DNA of 64,000 bases from Girardia tigrina (GCA_001938485.1 MQRK01217891.1:26121-90120), one strand, 5' to 3'. Shown: positions 14,385-27,128, numbered from the stretch's first letter. Numbers and translations are program-made. Notes: generated by a model not told the origin, from the letters alone.

Positions 14385-15297
14385 TTTGACTCGTGGGTGC
14401 ACCCAATTATGCACAAGCTTTCGCCACATCTCTCTATTTGTAGCCTCTTTCTCAGACATTCTTTGGTATTCCTCCTTGAACTCTTCTTTCAATCATAACC
14501 TTTGATAGTGCTTGTTTTCTTACCAGATGTCCGTAGAATTTCAGCTTCCTTCTCTTGGTCCTCTCTTCTATTGATTCCGGTCTTTCACCCAGTATTTCTT
14601 TCACTCTCCTCCAGACAAAGTCGTTTGTCTTTTTTCTTTCCACGCGATCTTCAGCATTCTCCTGTAGCACTTCATTTCAAACGCTTTAAGTCTATCCACA
14701 CTCTTCTGATTTATTGTCAAACTCTCGCGTACATAGGGGAGTGTTGCCCAGAGTGATCTTGAGATGGATTTCTTTGAGGTTGTTAAGAGAACTCACACAT
14801 TTGACAGAACATTTATTACATTCACATTTCTTATCATCTTTATGATGATCAATATTACTGCTTTCACTTAGATTCATCACTCAATTTTCACTATCTCCCA
14901 TTATAATCTGAACTGTACTTGAGAAGATTATTTTATTTAAAAATATTTACTTTAAATTTGATTGGCTGAAATAAAATATTTTTAGAGTCATTTTTAAACA
15001 TTAATTTCATTTTAATTATTTAAAAATTTACAAAAATAAAATCAATAAAATTATTTAAAAGTTGCAATAATAAAAATTAAAAATTTGAATATTAAATCTA
15101 AATTTAAATAAATTAGTTTCAGATTATAAGAAATTAAATATTGATAATCCATCTGATTATGAGAGGCACAATCCCAAATCAACATACAACATTTAAACAT
15201 GCAAACACTACACAAAAACATCCACACACCAAATATTCCTCACAGAGGTTAAGACTGTGCTCAGCCTAATCATTGCGCTTGCTGATACACCAATGTG
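14385..15297 (-). mobile_element. RTE-clade LINE 3' fragment, interrupted by a solo LTR
   Basis: IGVSASAMIRLS..., LKAFEMKCYRRMLKIAW, RRKLKFYGHLVRK, NREMWRKLV; reading continues across the insertion at 14781-15244. Confidence 0.8.
14781..15244 (-). mobile_element. solo LTR (canonical TG...CA, TSD GAGGT)
   Basis: GAGGT at 14776-14780 and 15245-15249; 5' end TGTGAGGAAT shared with the family. Confidence 0.75.
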
Positions 15298-15511
15298 ACT
15301 TCTATAATAATAATTACAACATAGCAGAATAATGTGATATCACCGAGTGTCCAACACGCGTATAAAGCCTTAATCAAACCATTAATCTGAACCCATAAAC
15401 TGGTGGGGCCCATGAACAAATACACCCGGGAATTTGAGTGAACAAATGAATTGTTACATTTATGTCCTATTCGAATGGAAGTTAATACAATTGATGAATG
15501 ATTATTTGCAG

Positions 15512-15587
15512 GAAATCGAGGTCGATCGACAGAGACTCTTGTTTCAGGGACGCGTTCTCCAGGACGACAATCAACTGGCGTCCTATA
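15512..15587 (+). CDS. BAG6: BAG6 exon 3 (UBL)
   Basis: tttgcAG, EIEVDRQRLLFQGRVLQDDNQLASY, phase-1 donor GTAATG. Confidence 0.92.
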
Positions 15588-16564
15588 GTAATGATTTTAC
15601 AATGAGATTACTTGTGATCGATTTGTCTGGGCACAATTTGCCATCATGAGCAAAAATTAATTTTTCCACAAATTTCAATCGATTGGAAAACATTTTAATA
15701 TTCTTTTTTTTTCAAATTTTAAAAAATAATTTAATTTTCATTTTATTATAAATTTGATTTTATAATTTTTTTAATATTTATATTTATTATAAAATATAAA
15801 AAAATAATAAATATGATCAAATTGATTTTTTTATTTATTTAGATTATTTTTTAAAATAATTATAAATAATTAAAATTACTTTTTCTATATTTAATTAGAT
15901 AAATATTGATTTTTCGTTCTGTTTCTTTGAGTGAAATTTCTAATTAAATCAAATAAGATCAAATTTTATCCCCCTATTTTTCATAATTTTTTTTATTTAT
16001 GTTTAAAATAATTTTGTGGATTTTTTTATAATTTAAAATTATATTTTAATACATTAAAAAACTATTTAAAAAATAAATTAAAAAAATTCAATGTTAATAA
16101 TTTATATTGAAATTCGTTTTATTTTATTTGAGTAGATAAAATAAATAATTAAACAATACATTAAAAAATTCTTTAAAAAATTATTTAAAAGAATTAATTA
16201 AAAAATATTTAAAAAATCAATGGTAATAATTCTAAATAAAATTAATAATTAAAAAATGACACAAATAATTAAAAAATACATAAAAATTAATTAAAAAACT
16301 AATTTAAAAAATTAATAAAGAATATTAAAAAAATTAATTAAAAAATATTTAAAAAATTATCAAAAACACTAATTAAAAAATATTAAAAAAATAATTAAAA
16401 AATATTAATAATTTAAAACGAAAAACTTTTTTATATGATTAAATAAAACAAATTAAAAAAATATTTTTTCAAACATTTTTCAAATAATTGCCTGGACAAA
16501 TCGAGAACTGAAGTCATTGGTTTGTGTGTTTGTTGCGGGTCGTTGACGTATTTGTGAACGACAG

Positions 16565-16727
16565 ACGTGGCCGGGAATGTGATGCACCTTGTAACGCGGC
16601 CACCGCCCAGTCAAACGAGGCCGCAGCCTGAGCCGAGCACGGAACGCGAGGAGAACTCTGACATAAACCGTGACCAGATCAGGAATATCCTCAATGATGT
16701 GTTCGGCAATTTAACCGATCCTCTCGG
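16565..16727 (+). CDS. BAG6: BAG6 exon 4 (UBL end, Pro-rich)
   Basis: acAG, (N)VAGNVMHLVTRPPPSQTRP...NLTDPL, phase-2 donor GTGAGA; not in the ORF track. Confidence 0.88.
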
Positions 16728-17099
16728 GTGAGAATAAAAACTATCGATTTTAGAATTGATTTTTCTAAATTATTTTTATTTAAAAAATAATTTCAATCAA
16801 TTATTTAATTTATTTTCAATCAATTTAATTTAATAAAATAAATATTTTTTTGATATTTATTTATTTATTTTCCGTTTAAAAAAATCCAAAATCATTTTCA
16901 ATTATTATTTTAATTTTGAAATTTAATTTTTATCGATTAAAATTTTAAAATAACAAAAAAACGATTGTGAAATAATAATGGAGTTTTTTTAAAATATATA
17001 TTATTTTAAAATTAATTAAATTTTATTATAATCACATCGAAAAATCAGTGTAGAAAATGATGAGATTAATAATAGAAAAATATAATATATTACAAAAAA

Positions 17100-17570
17100 T
17101 TTAAATGCAAAAAATAATTTTAAATAATTCAAAAAAATTTTATTTATATTTAAAATAATTTTGTGGATTTTTTATAATTTAAAATTTAATTTTAATACAT
17201 AAAAAATTATTTAAAAAAAATTTTTAAATACAAAAATAATTTTAAATAATTAAAAAAAATTTTATTTATATTTAAAATAATTTTGGGGATTTTTTATAAT
17301 TTAAAATTTAATTTTAATACNNNNNNNNNNNNNNNNNNNNNNNNNNNNNNNNNNNNNNNNNNNNNNNNNNAGAAAATGTATTAAAAATTTTTTTAAAAAA
17401 TATATATTAAAAAAATTTTTAAAATACAAAATTAATTTTAAATAATTAAAAAAATTATTTATATTTAAAATAATTTTGTGGATTTTTTATAATTTAAAAT
17501 TTAATTTTAATACATAAAAATATTTAAAAAATATTAAAATACAAAAATAATTTTAAATAATTAAAAGAAA
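17100..17570. repeat. AT-rich tandem repeat, ~120-bp unit, spanning a gap; related copy near 15990-16070
   Basis: Recurrent taaaataattttgtggatttttttataatttaaaatttaattttaatac. Confidence 0.7.
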
Positions 17571-17825
17571 TAATTAGTTTTTACCGCGGCAAATTTACAG
17601 CCTTACTATTGGTTTATAATTATTCATTTGATACAATGAAACCCATTTAATGTCACGTTAATATTCCGTCCCTTAGAAGTGGTTTTCTACGGTTTCCAAT
17701 GCAATTAAAATCGAATGTAAACCTTTATTGAATGATAACAGAAAATTCATTACTGAAACAGTACGACAATTTAGTCGACATATGAGTGATATCGATTATT
17801 AACTAATTTTCGCTCATTCCTTTAG

Positions 17826-18049
17826 AATTTCAGTGAATAACGAGGCTAATCGGGTCGATATAACGGTCAATATGCCGAGCTCGAATCGACTGAGCCTGGC
17901 CCGATTGCGCCAGAATTACGTGCATCGATTGATGAGTCAAGCGCGAGAATTGTTGGATCACATTCGCGACCCAACGAATCCGGCACCGCGCCCCGACCGA
18001 GAGCGCCTGTATCAGGCAAACGCGTACGACTTGGCGCAAAATGAAGAGA
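17826..18049 (+). CDS. BAG6: BAG6 exon 5
   Basis: ctttAG acceptor in phase 2, ISVNNEANRVDITVNMP...LAQNEE, phase-1 donor GTAAAA. Confidence 0.85.
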
Positions 18050-18308
18050 GTAAAAATCATTATTGTAGAAGATTTTGATTTCAATTGAGATTTTTGGGTC
18101 ATTCTGAATCGAGTAGCGACTTTTATTGACACCTGGGACATTGATTTTGACTTGCTACACGCCTTTTTTAATCAGCAGTAATATTGAGATGTGATATAAA
18201 TACAATTGGGGCGGTTTTAATTGCATAATCATGAAAATCAATACATTATTACATTTTCCTGGTCAATGTGTTGTAAAAATTATTACCCTGTTTTATGGTT
18301 ATAAGGTA

Positions 18309-20866
18309 TATGGGCTGTCTAGTAAGTTCCCGGAATTGTTTAATAAAACTGACTTCTATGAAAAATTCCAAACAATTCTCTATTATATTTAAACTACATA
18401 ATTTCCATGATTAATTACAACTAGTTTGCAATGCTCATACAATGATAACAATTCCTGACGAAACTTCTTTTCAGGGAGACCGCGGAGCACCTGCACCGCT
18501 CTTCCTTTCACCTCATCACCGTCCATGAATTTCTGTCCTCGAAATGAATGTTTCAGGTGCTGAACACCCATCGATCACACTGATTCATGTCAGGGCTATA
18601 TGGGCTCTGTTTGATGAGTGTCACTCCACGATGATGAAAGAATTCCATTGTTTCTTTTGATGTGTGAGGGCGTGCGTTATCGTGTTGCCACAACAATTCC
18701 GTGAGCTTTTTGAGATGTCTGCGAACATGTCGCCATTTTTCCCCAGTTGAACGAACAAATTCCACATAACGCTCTCAGTTCACGGTCTCTCCAGGAGAGC
18801 AAATGTCAGCACTTATCTTTTGATCACCAGTGAATGCCAGCAAGACAAGAGTTTTCTTGGTTGTCAGCTTCGGGCGGACAACAGTGAGTTTTGGTTGTGT
18901 GGGATGACACCATGCCTGTTTCATACAGAACCCAACTCTCATCCTCTGTCGCCCAATGGTGTAACAGATAATCGATGGAATGGTTTTCAAATCAGGCGAT
19001 GATGCTTTGCGCACACAAAATCCTGTCCCGTTTGTTTGCTTCTGAGAGGTGATGTAGAATCCTTGTCGAACAAATCTTTCGCAATTCAAGCTGATTTGTG
19101 AAAATCTGTCCAACAGTATCTTTAGACAGGCCAGTCGATTCACTCACTGCTCTAAGAGATGTCCTTGGTTCTTCATCCACAATCGCTTTGATAATGTGCA
19201 CATTTTCATCGGTTGAAGATGTGGTTGGGCGGCCGCATCTTATTTCAACAAGGGATTGTCTTCCATCTTTAAATCGTTTGTACCACTCGAATACAGTTGT
19301 CTGTGAAGGAACATCCAGGTTAGTATCTTGCAGCTGCTTATATATTTCACATGGTTTACGTCCCCGTAGCATTTCTAAGTAAATGTATGCACGAAAATGT
19401 TCTTTCTGTAAATCCATAACGTGTCAACGGTGCACCTTACACTGTGTTATCAGCAATAATGGGCTGTCACAATGAGAAGAGAGTGGATAAGTATGTGACT
19501 CTATGATTGGCCAAAGCAGCTGATTGGTAGCTTCATTCTATTAGGTTGTTCGATATGAAACGGGTCAAACTTCACACCTTACATTTCAATCGCGTATAAC
19601 TTAACTTTGAACTATCGTATGAAAATAAATAAGGTATTTCTTGACAGATATATTAGTCCTCTTTAAAAATCAATTATTTAATTTCAAATATATTGAATAG
19701 TTTCTTGTCAACAAACAATCAAACAGCGCAATGGAAATCAGTGAAATCAGNNNNNNNNNNNNNNNNNNNNNNNNNNNNNNNNNNNNNNNNNNNNNNNNNN
19801 NNNNNNNNNNNNNNNNNNNNNNNNNNNNNNNNNNNNNNNNNNNNNNNNNNNNNNNNNNNNNNNNNNNNNNNNNNNNNNNNNNNNNNNNNNNNNNNNNNNN
19901 NNNNNNNNNNNNNNNNNNNNNNNNNNNNNNNNNNNNNNNNNNNNNNNNNNNNNNNNNNNNNNNNNNNNNNNNNNNNNNNNNNNNNNNNNNNNNNNNNNNN
20001 NNNNNNNNNNNNNNNNNNNNNNNNNNNNNNNNNNNNNNNNNNNNNNNNNNNNNNNNNNNNNNNNNNNNNNNNNNNNNNNNNNNNNNNNNNNNNNNNNNNN
20101 NNNNNNNNNNNNNNNNNNNNNNNNNNNNNNNNNNNNNNNNNNNNNNNNNNNNNNNNNNNNNNNNNNNNNNNNNNNNNNNNNNNNNNNNNNNNNNNNNNNN
20201 NNNNNNNNNNNNNNNNNNNNNNNNNNNNNNNNNNNNNNNNNNNNNNNNNNNNNNNNNNNNNNNNNNNNNNNNNNNNNNNNNNNNNNNNNNNNNNNNNNNN
20301 NNNNNNNNNNNNNNNNNNNNNNNNNNNNNNNNNNNNNNNNNNNNNNNNNNNNNNNNNNNNNNNNNNNNNNNNNNNNNNNNNNNNNNNNNNNNNNNNNNNN
20401 NNNNNNNNNNNNNNNNNNNNNNNNNNNNNNNNNNNNNNNNNNNNNNNNNNNNNNNNNNNNNNNNNNNNNNNNNNNNNNNNNNNNNNNNNNNNNNNNNNNN
20501 NNNNNNNNNNNNNNNNNNNNNNNNNNNNNNNNNNNNNNNNNNNNNNNNNNNNNNNNNNNNNNNNNNNNNNNNNNNNNNNNNNNNNNNNNNNNNNNNNNNN
20601 NNNNNNNNNNNNNNNNNNNNNNNNNNNNNNNNNNNNNNNNNNNNNNNNNNNNNNNNNNNNNNNNNNNNNNNNNNNNNNNTGTTGACAACATGGGGGGATA
20701 TTTTGATTAAAAATAAAATGTTATTATTTAAAAAAAATCGATTTACATTTTACTTTAATTTTGACCCGTTTCATATCGAACAACCTAATAATACAATATT
20801 TACGTGTATACATCTATGCATGTGTGTGTGAATGACATATTCCGGGAACTTATTAGACAGCCTAAG
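18309..20866 (-). mobile_element. mariner (DD34D) transposon, frameshifted transposase 19417-18389
   Basis: TIRs GGCTGTCTAGTAAGTTCCCGGAAT at both ends, TA flanks; HTH, WQHDNARPH...YSPDMNQCD with 34-aa spacing; element contains a ~930-nt gap. Confidence 0.88.
19751..20679. other. Assembly gap (N run)
   Basis: Run of N. Confidence 1.
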
Positions 20867-20989
20867 TACCTCTGTTTACTTAGGTGCCAACTTATTAAAT
20901 TTTTTTTGGCCCCTGAAATTTTATGTTTTTTCTTCTAAGGTGCCATCTTATTTTTTAAAATTTTTTAATAATGTTTTTAATGCTTTTTT

Positions 20990-21800
20990 TTTAAAAATTT
21001 TATTGAAAATGTTTTTATGAATGATGAATTTTGTGGATTTTGTTTCAAAAAACAAAGAAGCATATTCTCTTCAACACATTGGTAACACGGACGAAGTTCC
21101 TGTAACGTTTGATATGCCATCAAAATTTACTGTTGACCAAAAAGGTTCTTCTGATGTTCGCGTCGCAACAACTGGTGCTGAAAAATCTCGATTTACAGTC
21201 GTCTTATGTGTTACTGCTGAGGCATATTTCATTTTCCGCCGCAAAACAATACCAAAAAGATCGTTTCCACAAAATGTTATCGTATCAGCTAATGAAAAAT
21301 CTTGCATGGAATCCAGTGAAACTCTTCTGTGGTTTGAAAAAGTATGGTTGAGAAGAATGGCAATTTTTAATCCAAAATCACTTCTTATGGAAATCGAACT
21401 GCTGAAGTCAAATCGAAATTTGTTGCAAATGGAACATTAATGGCCATGATTCCAGGTGGATTAACGAAAAAATTACAAGTTTTGGATATCAGTATCAACA
21501 AATCATTTAAAGCTCATTTACGTCGTCATTAGGAAAATTGGATGATTAATGGTTATAAGCAATATACGAAATCAGGAAATTTGAAGAGAGCTTCATGCGA
21601 AGAGATTCGTCAATGGATATCAGAGTCGTGGGATTCAGTTCCAGTTTCTGCCATCAAAAATGGCTTCAAGAAGACCACAATCAATTTTTATCCGAATGAA
21701 CACGAAGACGTTGAAGATGTAGTTATTGAGGAAAGCGATGAAACCTTTAAAATCTCTTTTTTAAATCTCTTTAAACCTTTGTTCTGGAGTGCCTGAGAAC
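20990..21800 (+). mobile_element. pogo-family DDE transposase remnant
   Basis: IGNTDEVPVTFDMP, TTGAEKSRFTVVL, IPGGLTKKLQVLDISINKSFK, WISESW; frameshifts; TIRs not resolved. Confidence 0.8.
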
Positions 21801-21861
21801 ATGTGTCGCTGTGTGAAAGAACTTTTACGTGCAATTAAAACCGTTCCCATTGTATATATAA

Positions 21862-22210
21862 TATGTATTCATAGAATTTAGAAACTCAATCGATTTTCTC
21901 CAATCTTTGCACACTCACTCATTCTCGATGACAATCAATGATCATGTAAAAATTTGATCGAACTAGTAAATCAAGAAATATTTTTTTTGCAAAAAGCGTT
22001 TTACAATTATCCATAAATGTTTAAACTGTATTAGAGAGAAATGTTTTGGTTTTTTTCCTCCCATGCTTCATAATATATTTATGATGTTATCAGTAGGGCA
22101 ATTTTTTATTGCCTTAAGAAAAGGAAAAGTTGCAACTATTAATTTCATTGGTCAATTAAATAGATGTTATATAATCACTGCCAAATTGAGTTCTGTCGGC
22201 ATAAAGAATG
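21862..22210. repeat. Dispersed non-coding repeat, copy 2 (inverted relative to 5230-5660)
   Basis: Reverse-complement similarity to 5230-5660. Confidence 0.65.
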
Positions 22211-22737
22211 GATGTCAAGAAATTTTTTGATGTACATGTCAAGTCATAAAGCCAATTAAGATGGTCAGACCGGATGAGCAATCACTTATTAGTTTTTTGT
22301 AGTTATTTGTGGGTTTCTTTGTTGTCAATCTTTGCGAGAAGAAACTTAAAACCTACGCAACCATGTTCCGCGAAAAATGACTCCAATGACAACAATATGA
22401 TTATAGGTTAGTTTTAAGAAAAATTTGTTGCCCATTATGCAGATGCAACACGATTCTCTTTGAGAAATTCTATTGGAATTATGGCATTAAAATTTTTGCT
22501 TTTAAAGCCTAAATCTTCTCCCTATTCAAATTTTATTTGATCACTTTCTTCATTTATACATATAGAAATTTTCTTCGAATGAAATTTAACTAATAGTTTC
22601 ATGATCAATAATGTCTAACTGCTGATATTGTAGATGATTTTTTGTTTTCTATGAAAAAAATCTCATTTGAAATTGAAAATCTCTTTAAATCTGAATTGAT
22701 TGACAATCGATTATTGTGATTGTTGGGAATCACATAG

Positions 22738-23386
22738 GAATCACAGAAGTAACCGCTCAACCGCTACCGATTCACAATCTCGCCGATATGGTCCGAAGCG
22801 TCCGAAATCTGTGGCGCGATGCTGATCCGCAACTTGAATTATGGGAAAATGTTCTACGGCGCGAAAATCTTCCAGAATCGATCTCGAATTCTGATCGGGA
22901 AATGCAAAGAATGCACGATTCCGCCAGTCGATACATTCATTTGTTTTCTCACATGTTACACATCATGAGTGATTATCTTGTCGAGTTCCAGCACAATACG
23001 GTCACAAGTCACATGCACGTGCATCGATCTGCCACTACTACAACTACCACCACTAATTGCACTACTGCTGCAGCTACTACCACTGAGGCCGCTACTCCGA
23101 CTAATGAGGCCGCCACAAGCACGTCTATTGACGATAATCTTGGTCCTCTCACCGGAGGATTCGGAGAGAGCGCTTTACCGCACTCAGAATCGAGTAGTGA
23201 TGCCGCCAACACATCTTCTACAGCCACTGGAGCGACAGCGAATGAACCTGCCGCTCCAACTGTCAATGCAACACCTCAAACGACTACTGACACCAATGAT
23301 CGCAGTCGGTATCTGTATGTTTTCTCTGAGATGCCAGCCCAGCTGCTTCAGGTTCGATTGGATGTCGATTCAACTATTCCCATCAC
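22738..23386 (+). CDS. BAG6: BAG6 exon 6 (conserved helical BAG6 region plus Thr-rich linker)
   Basis: NLADMVRSVRNLW...YIHLFSHMLHIMSDYLVEF...HMHV resembles the BAG6 central domain; donor GTAAGA in phase 2; alternative in-frame acceptor at 22747. Confidence 0.85.
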
Positions 23387-24065
23387 GTAAGAGAGATCTT
23401 GTTATTGATATCATTGCTATTTATTGCATACTTCAATTTTATATTTATTTTAAATTATCCTCTCAGTAATAAATAAAGTCCAACGGTGATATTATATTCA
23501 AACAAGGTTGTAAACAAAATTTTTGAAAAAAAATCAATTGTGTCCATAGTCTAAAAGATACATGTAGCGCAATTCTTCAATCGGTCTAATTTTATCGTAT
23601 TTTATTTTGGCATTTGTGTGCGAATGCATGGACACAGTAGATAGCATTAACAGTGTTTTTCTTTTGGTTAAATTACTACTACAATATTTTTAACCATTGT
23701 TTAAAAAATTTATTATTCAACCATATTTATTGTATCGCCTTCTGAAAAAATACACTTTTATCAACGAATAATAAAATTATCAAAACATTTTTTAAAATGC
23801 ATTTTCTGGAATCGATCTGAGTTTTCTACTCGAATTCTATTTAATGCTTTTTATTGACCGAAAACGGGGGCCTCGAAGTGGTTTTGGAAAGAGAAAAGAT
23901 TTGATCAGTGAAATATGATATTTGTTCGATAATATCTCAGTGTTTTTTCAGAAATTCGTTCACAATAGTAACTTTGTGTGATGGTGCATCATAATGATTT
24001 TTCATTCCACAAATGTGGTCATTTTCGTCGATTTTTCTCTCTCAAAAATAACATAGCGCCCAGAC

Positions 24066-24951
24066 TATTAAGAACACCAACATGGGTTTTCGAACTTTTA
24101 TTTTCAATACAATTAGAATTATCTTTTGGACAACTCTCAGCAAAACTCTCGTAATTCGACATCGTTCTAAATTGATAACTTTTAGTTAATGTTTGTTAAT
24201 AAACAATTATTCGAACAAATTTTTCATTATTTTCAGATTTTATTTTAAAGTTCAAATTTTGTAATTTTAGTATTAATTTTATTTAAAAATTATTTTACGT
24301 AAAGAAAGAACTTTTATTTAATTCAAAACTTGGTTAAAACTATTTATTTTATTTAAATTTTAATATGAAGATTTGAAATGATTTAATATTTTTAATGTTT
24401 TTAAATATCTTAGCTGTACTTTAAAATGTAAATTATATTCGAATAATTATCTATCGTGAACATCTAAAACAGAAGTTCTCAACCTTTTTTTCCGAATGAC
24501 ACACTCGACACAATACATGAAATTTTGTGAGACACCTGTTATCAAGCGAAGTTATTATGTAACTTTGAGGTTTTCAAAGTATTAATTCTAGACTCTAGTC
24601 ACTAGAGTCCATGTTGATGTTTTGACCTGTTTTATCGAGGATGGTTAACCGCAATCGTATTGATTTTATTTGATAACAGTATACAGTCTACAGTGTAGAG
24701 TCTACACTACAAAGTTGAATCTTGAAAATTATTATATAAAATTTAAGAGTATTGCATATTATCAAGCAAATCATCGCGACGCACCATTTTTTCGCGACAC
24801 ACCAATTTATCGCGACACACCGGTTGAGAAACACTGATCTAAAATATCAATTTTCCATCTGGGTGGTAGAAACACATTTCCAAATACTAAACTCAACATA
24901 CAAAATTTAACAAACCAATTTCAACATAACAAATTTAAAATATTCCTCACA
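24066..24951 (-). mobile_element. solo LTR (TG...TA, TSD CAGAC) carrying a hAT MITE
   Basis: CAGAC at 24061-24065 and 24952-24956; similar to 58101-58614 and 46856-47346. Confidence 0.82.
24470..24836. mobile_element. hAT (Charlie/Buster-type) MITE
   Basis: TIRs CAG..TTCTCAACC / GGTTGAGAAACACTG; perfect 8-bp TSD ATCTAAAA; subterminal GCGACAC repeats. Confidence 0.88.
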
Positions 24952-26026
24952 CAGACAATATTTCTTTTTTTACTGTCTGACCTTCTGGCGAAAATTCTGA
25001 ATGTAAGACACCGGGATAATCAAAGAAAACAGTTAACGTTATTTTCATTTTTCGATCTACTCTGACGTTGGAAGTCGCCATTCTGAAACTTGTTGACTTG
25101 TTTAAATGTCGAACTCGTAAACTAATGTCTCATCACATGTTTCATAATTGTGGGGTCGGAATCAAATCGTTCCAATATGTGTTCAGCAACCTTTACGCGA
25201 TAAAATTTCCAGCACATCTCGACTGCCTTTGAATGTGCTGTACCACTTATATACACTTGTTTTTGATAAAGTCAATGTACCACAAGCCTTCCGTAACATT
25301 TCTGGCGATTCAACACGAAATTCCATTTGCAATGTAAAATTTGAGACAAATTTTTTGTTCAATATTTTTATCCCTTTTATATTTCTCAAAACACATTAGA
25401 TTAACTGATATATCGAGCACTGTAAGCAAACAAAACAATGCTCAAACTTCGTGTCATAGACGACAGTTGTGACAACTTAAGATCAAAAAATTCTGACGGT
25501 TGCTGTAAGCGACCTATGCACATGACAACTCACGATACTTTCTGACAGAATGTATTATTAAAATCTATTTCATTTTTAAAATTTTAATTCCCTTAGATAT
25601 TTACAATCCAAATATAATAAATAATCATATGATGTTAGAAACACCGCTTATAAAAATAAATAAAAAAAATAGCACTACAAGAAAATATCTTTTTGTTATA
25701 ACTTGATAGAATATCATTCAATAATGTTCGAACTAATCCCTCAATCATTTTATTGGATTTAGCAACAATATAAAGAATATACATACGCCATTTGGATCAG
25801 TTATTGCCACAAGTTTATCATAATAATATACATTATTGGCGCTAGTAAATTGCACATCTTTTGTATTTTAATATCAATAATCTGCCATAGTTTTCTACAC
25901 AAATTGATGTTTCCATTTGATCAGGTCGGTGGGAAATGTTCCGGTGAGGAATTTGGCCCCTAGAAGCACTGAGTTGTGAGTGGTTTTGATCATTGAATAT
26001 TTATGTGCTGATTTGAATTGCTACAG

Positions 26027-26148
26027 TCGACCGATTAATCCTGCTGCTTCATCAGAACAGACAACAGCAACTACTGGAACTGCTGCAGGAATTGTAACTC
26101 CAGTCAGCCAGATTCCTGTGGTTTCAGAAACCATAAATAGAATCAGAA
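26027..26148 (+). CDS. BAG6: BAG6 exon 7
   Basis: ctacAG phase 2, RPINPAASSEQTT...INRIR, donor GTAAAT phase 1. Confidence 0.8.
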
Positions 26149-26704
26149 GTAAATTTTTAAAATATTTTTTTATCTCTTTTTAAATCTGTTTCCTCTTTTA
26201 TTAAAATATATTTAAAAATAATTTATGTTACTTAAAAAATATTTTTATTTTCATAATAATATTTAAATCAATGGCGCTCTCCCAGTTTAAAGATAATTGA
26301 ATAGTGATTAATTCAAAAGAAAGTATTTGCTTTATCTTTTATTAAGATTTGGGGTTATGGTTAGGGAATTTATCCACCCAGAAAATGGCCGAAGATTGAA
26401 ATAAGTGATTTCAAATAAGCCATTTTTTCAGTATTTCATCCACTTGACCACTGTAAATGTTACGGTTTCACGAAGTCATGTTTCATATCACCAGAAAACG
26501 GAGAGTATCAATATGTTTTCGAGACATTTGGTTGTGTCACATGTATTTGAGCTTCCTCAGCATCCAACTATCACAAAGTATGTGATATAACACAAAGTTT
26601 TCGCTTTTTGACGAAAAATCAATGACAAATATTCTATGAAATATTGATTTTTTTACGATTGTTTTAATCTTATGGTGCCAAATTTGTTTTATTTGATCGA
26701 GAAT

Positions 26705-27128
26705 TTAGAAAAATTTAACGTTATTGTTAACAGCACAACTTTATGTGAATCCGATTCAACAACCGCTTTCAATATTGAAAATGTTTTCATAGTGGGACTG
26801 CATGTTATGTCTGCATATGTAACAGAGCACGGTGAAAGATACCAAGCCCAACAAATCATTTCAAGGACAAATCACACATTGGCCCATTGCGAGAAACCTG
26901 TTTCCAAACAACCTCTCGGACTTGATCGACTGACGGTGATAAACCGCTGTTAGCGCAGAATATCTACCCATGAATAATGTCAGAGACTCAAATGATCGAA
27001 CATCTCAGTGCAGTATCTCCACACGACTGCCGATTCATACTATCCATTCAGAAACCACACACTTCTGTTTCAGAAATTAATTTCCATTGTTCGATTTGAC
27101 GATCTAAATCACTGCGGTCGATGGACAT
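26705..27128 (-). pseudogene. PPP4C: Internally deleted PP4/PP2A-family phosphatase catalytic-subunit pseudogene
   Basis: Minus strand: MSIDRSDLDRQIEQ..LISETEV | GF..YESAVVWRYCTEMFDHLSL..IIHG*IFCANSGLSPS..DQVR..KQ..NGPMCDL | ..KTFSILKA..FF*; collinear with PP4C motifs. Confidence 0.85.

Larger units (their letters stand above)
23753..25553 (-). mobile_element. Old degenerate mariner split by nested insertions
   Basis: HTH part (MLRKACGTLTLSKTSVYKWYSTFK) at 25180-25390; catalytic part (HYDAPSHKVTIVNEFL...FLFPK) at 23800-24060; outer ends approximate. Confidence 0.7.

Noticed and set aside
19693-20831. Long ORFs of 314-366 aa in the ORF track
   Set aside because: Artefacts of translating through the N gap
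22969-23469. Overlapping alternative-frame and antisense ORFs over BAG6 exons 6 and 14
   Set aside because: Shadow ORFs of GC-rich, low-complexity coding exons
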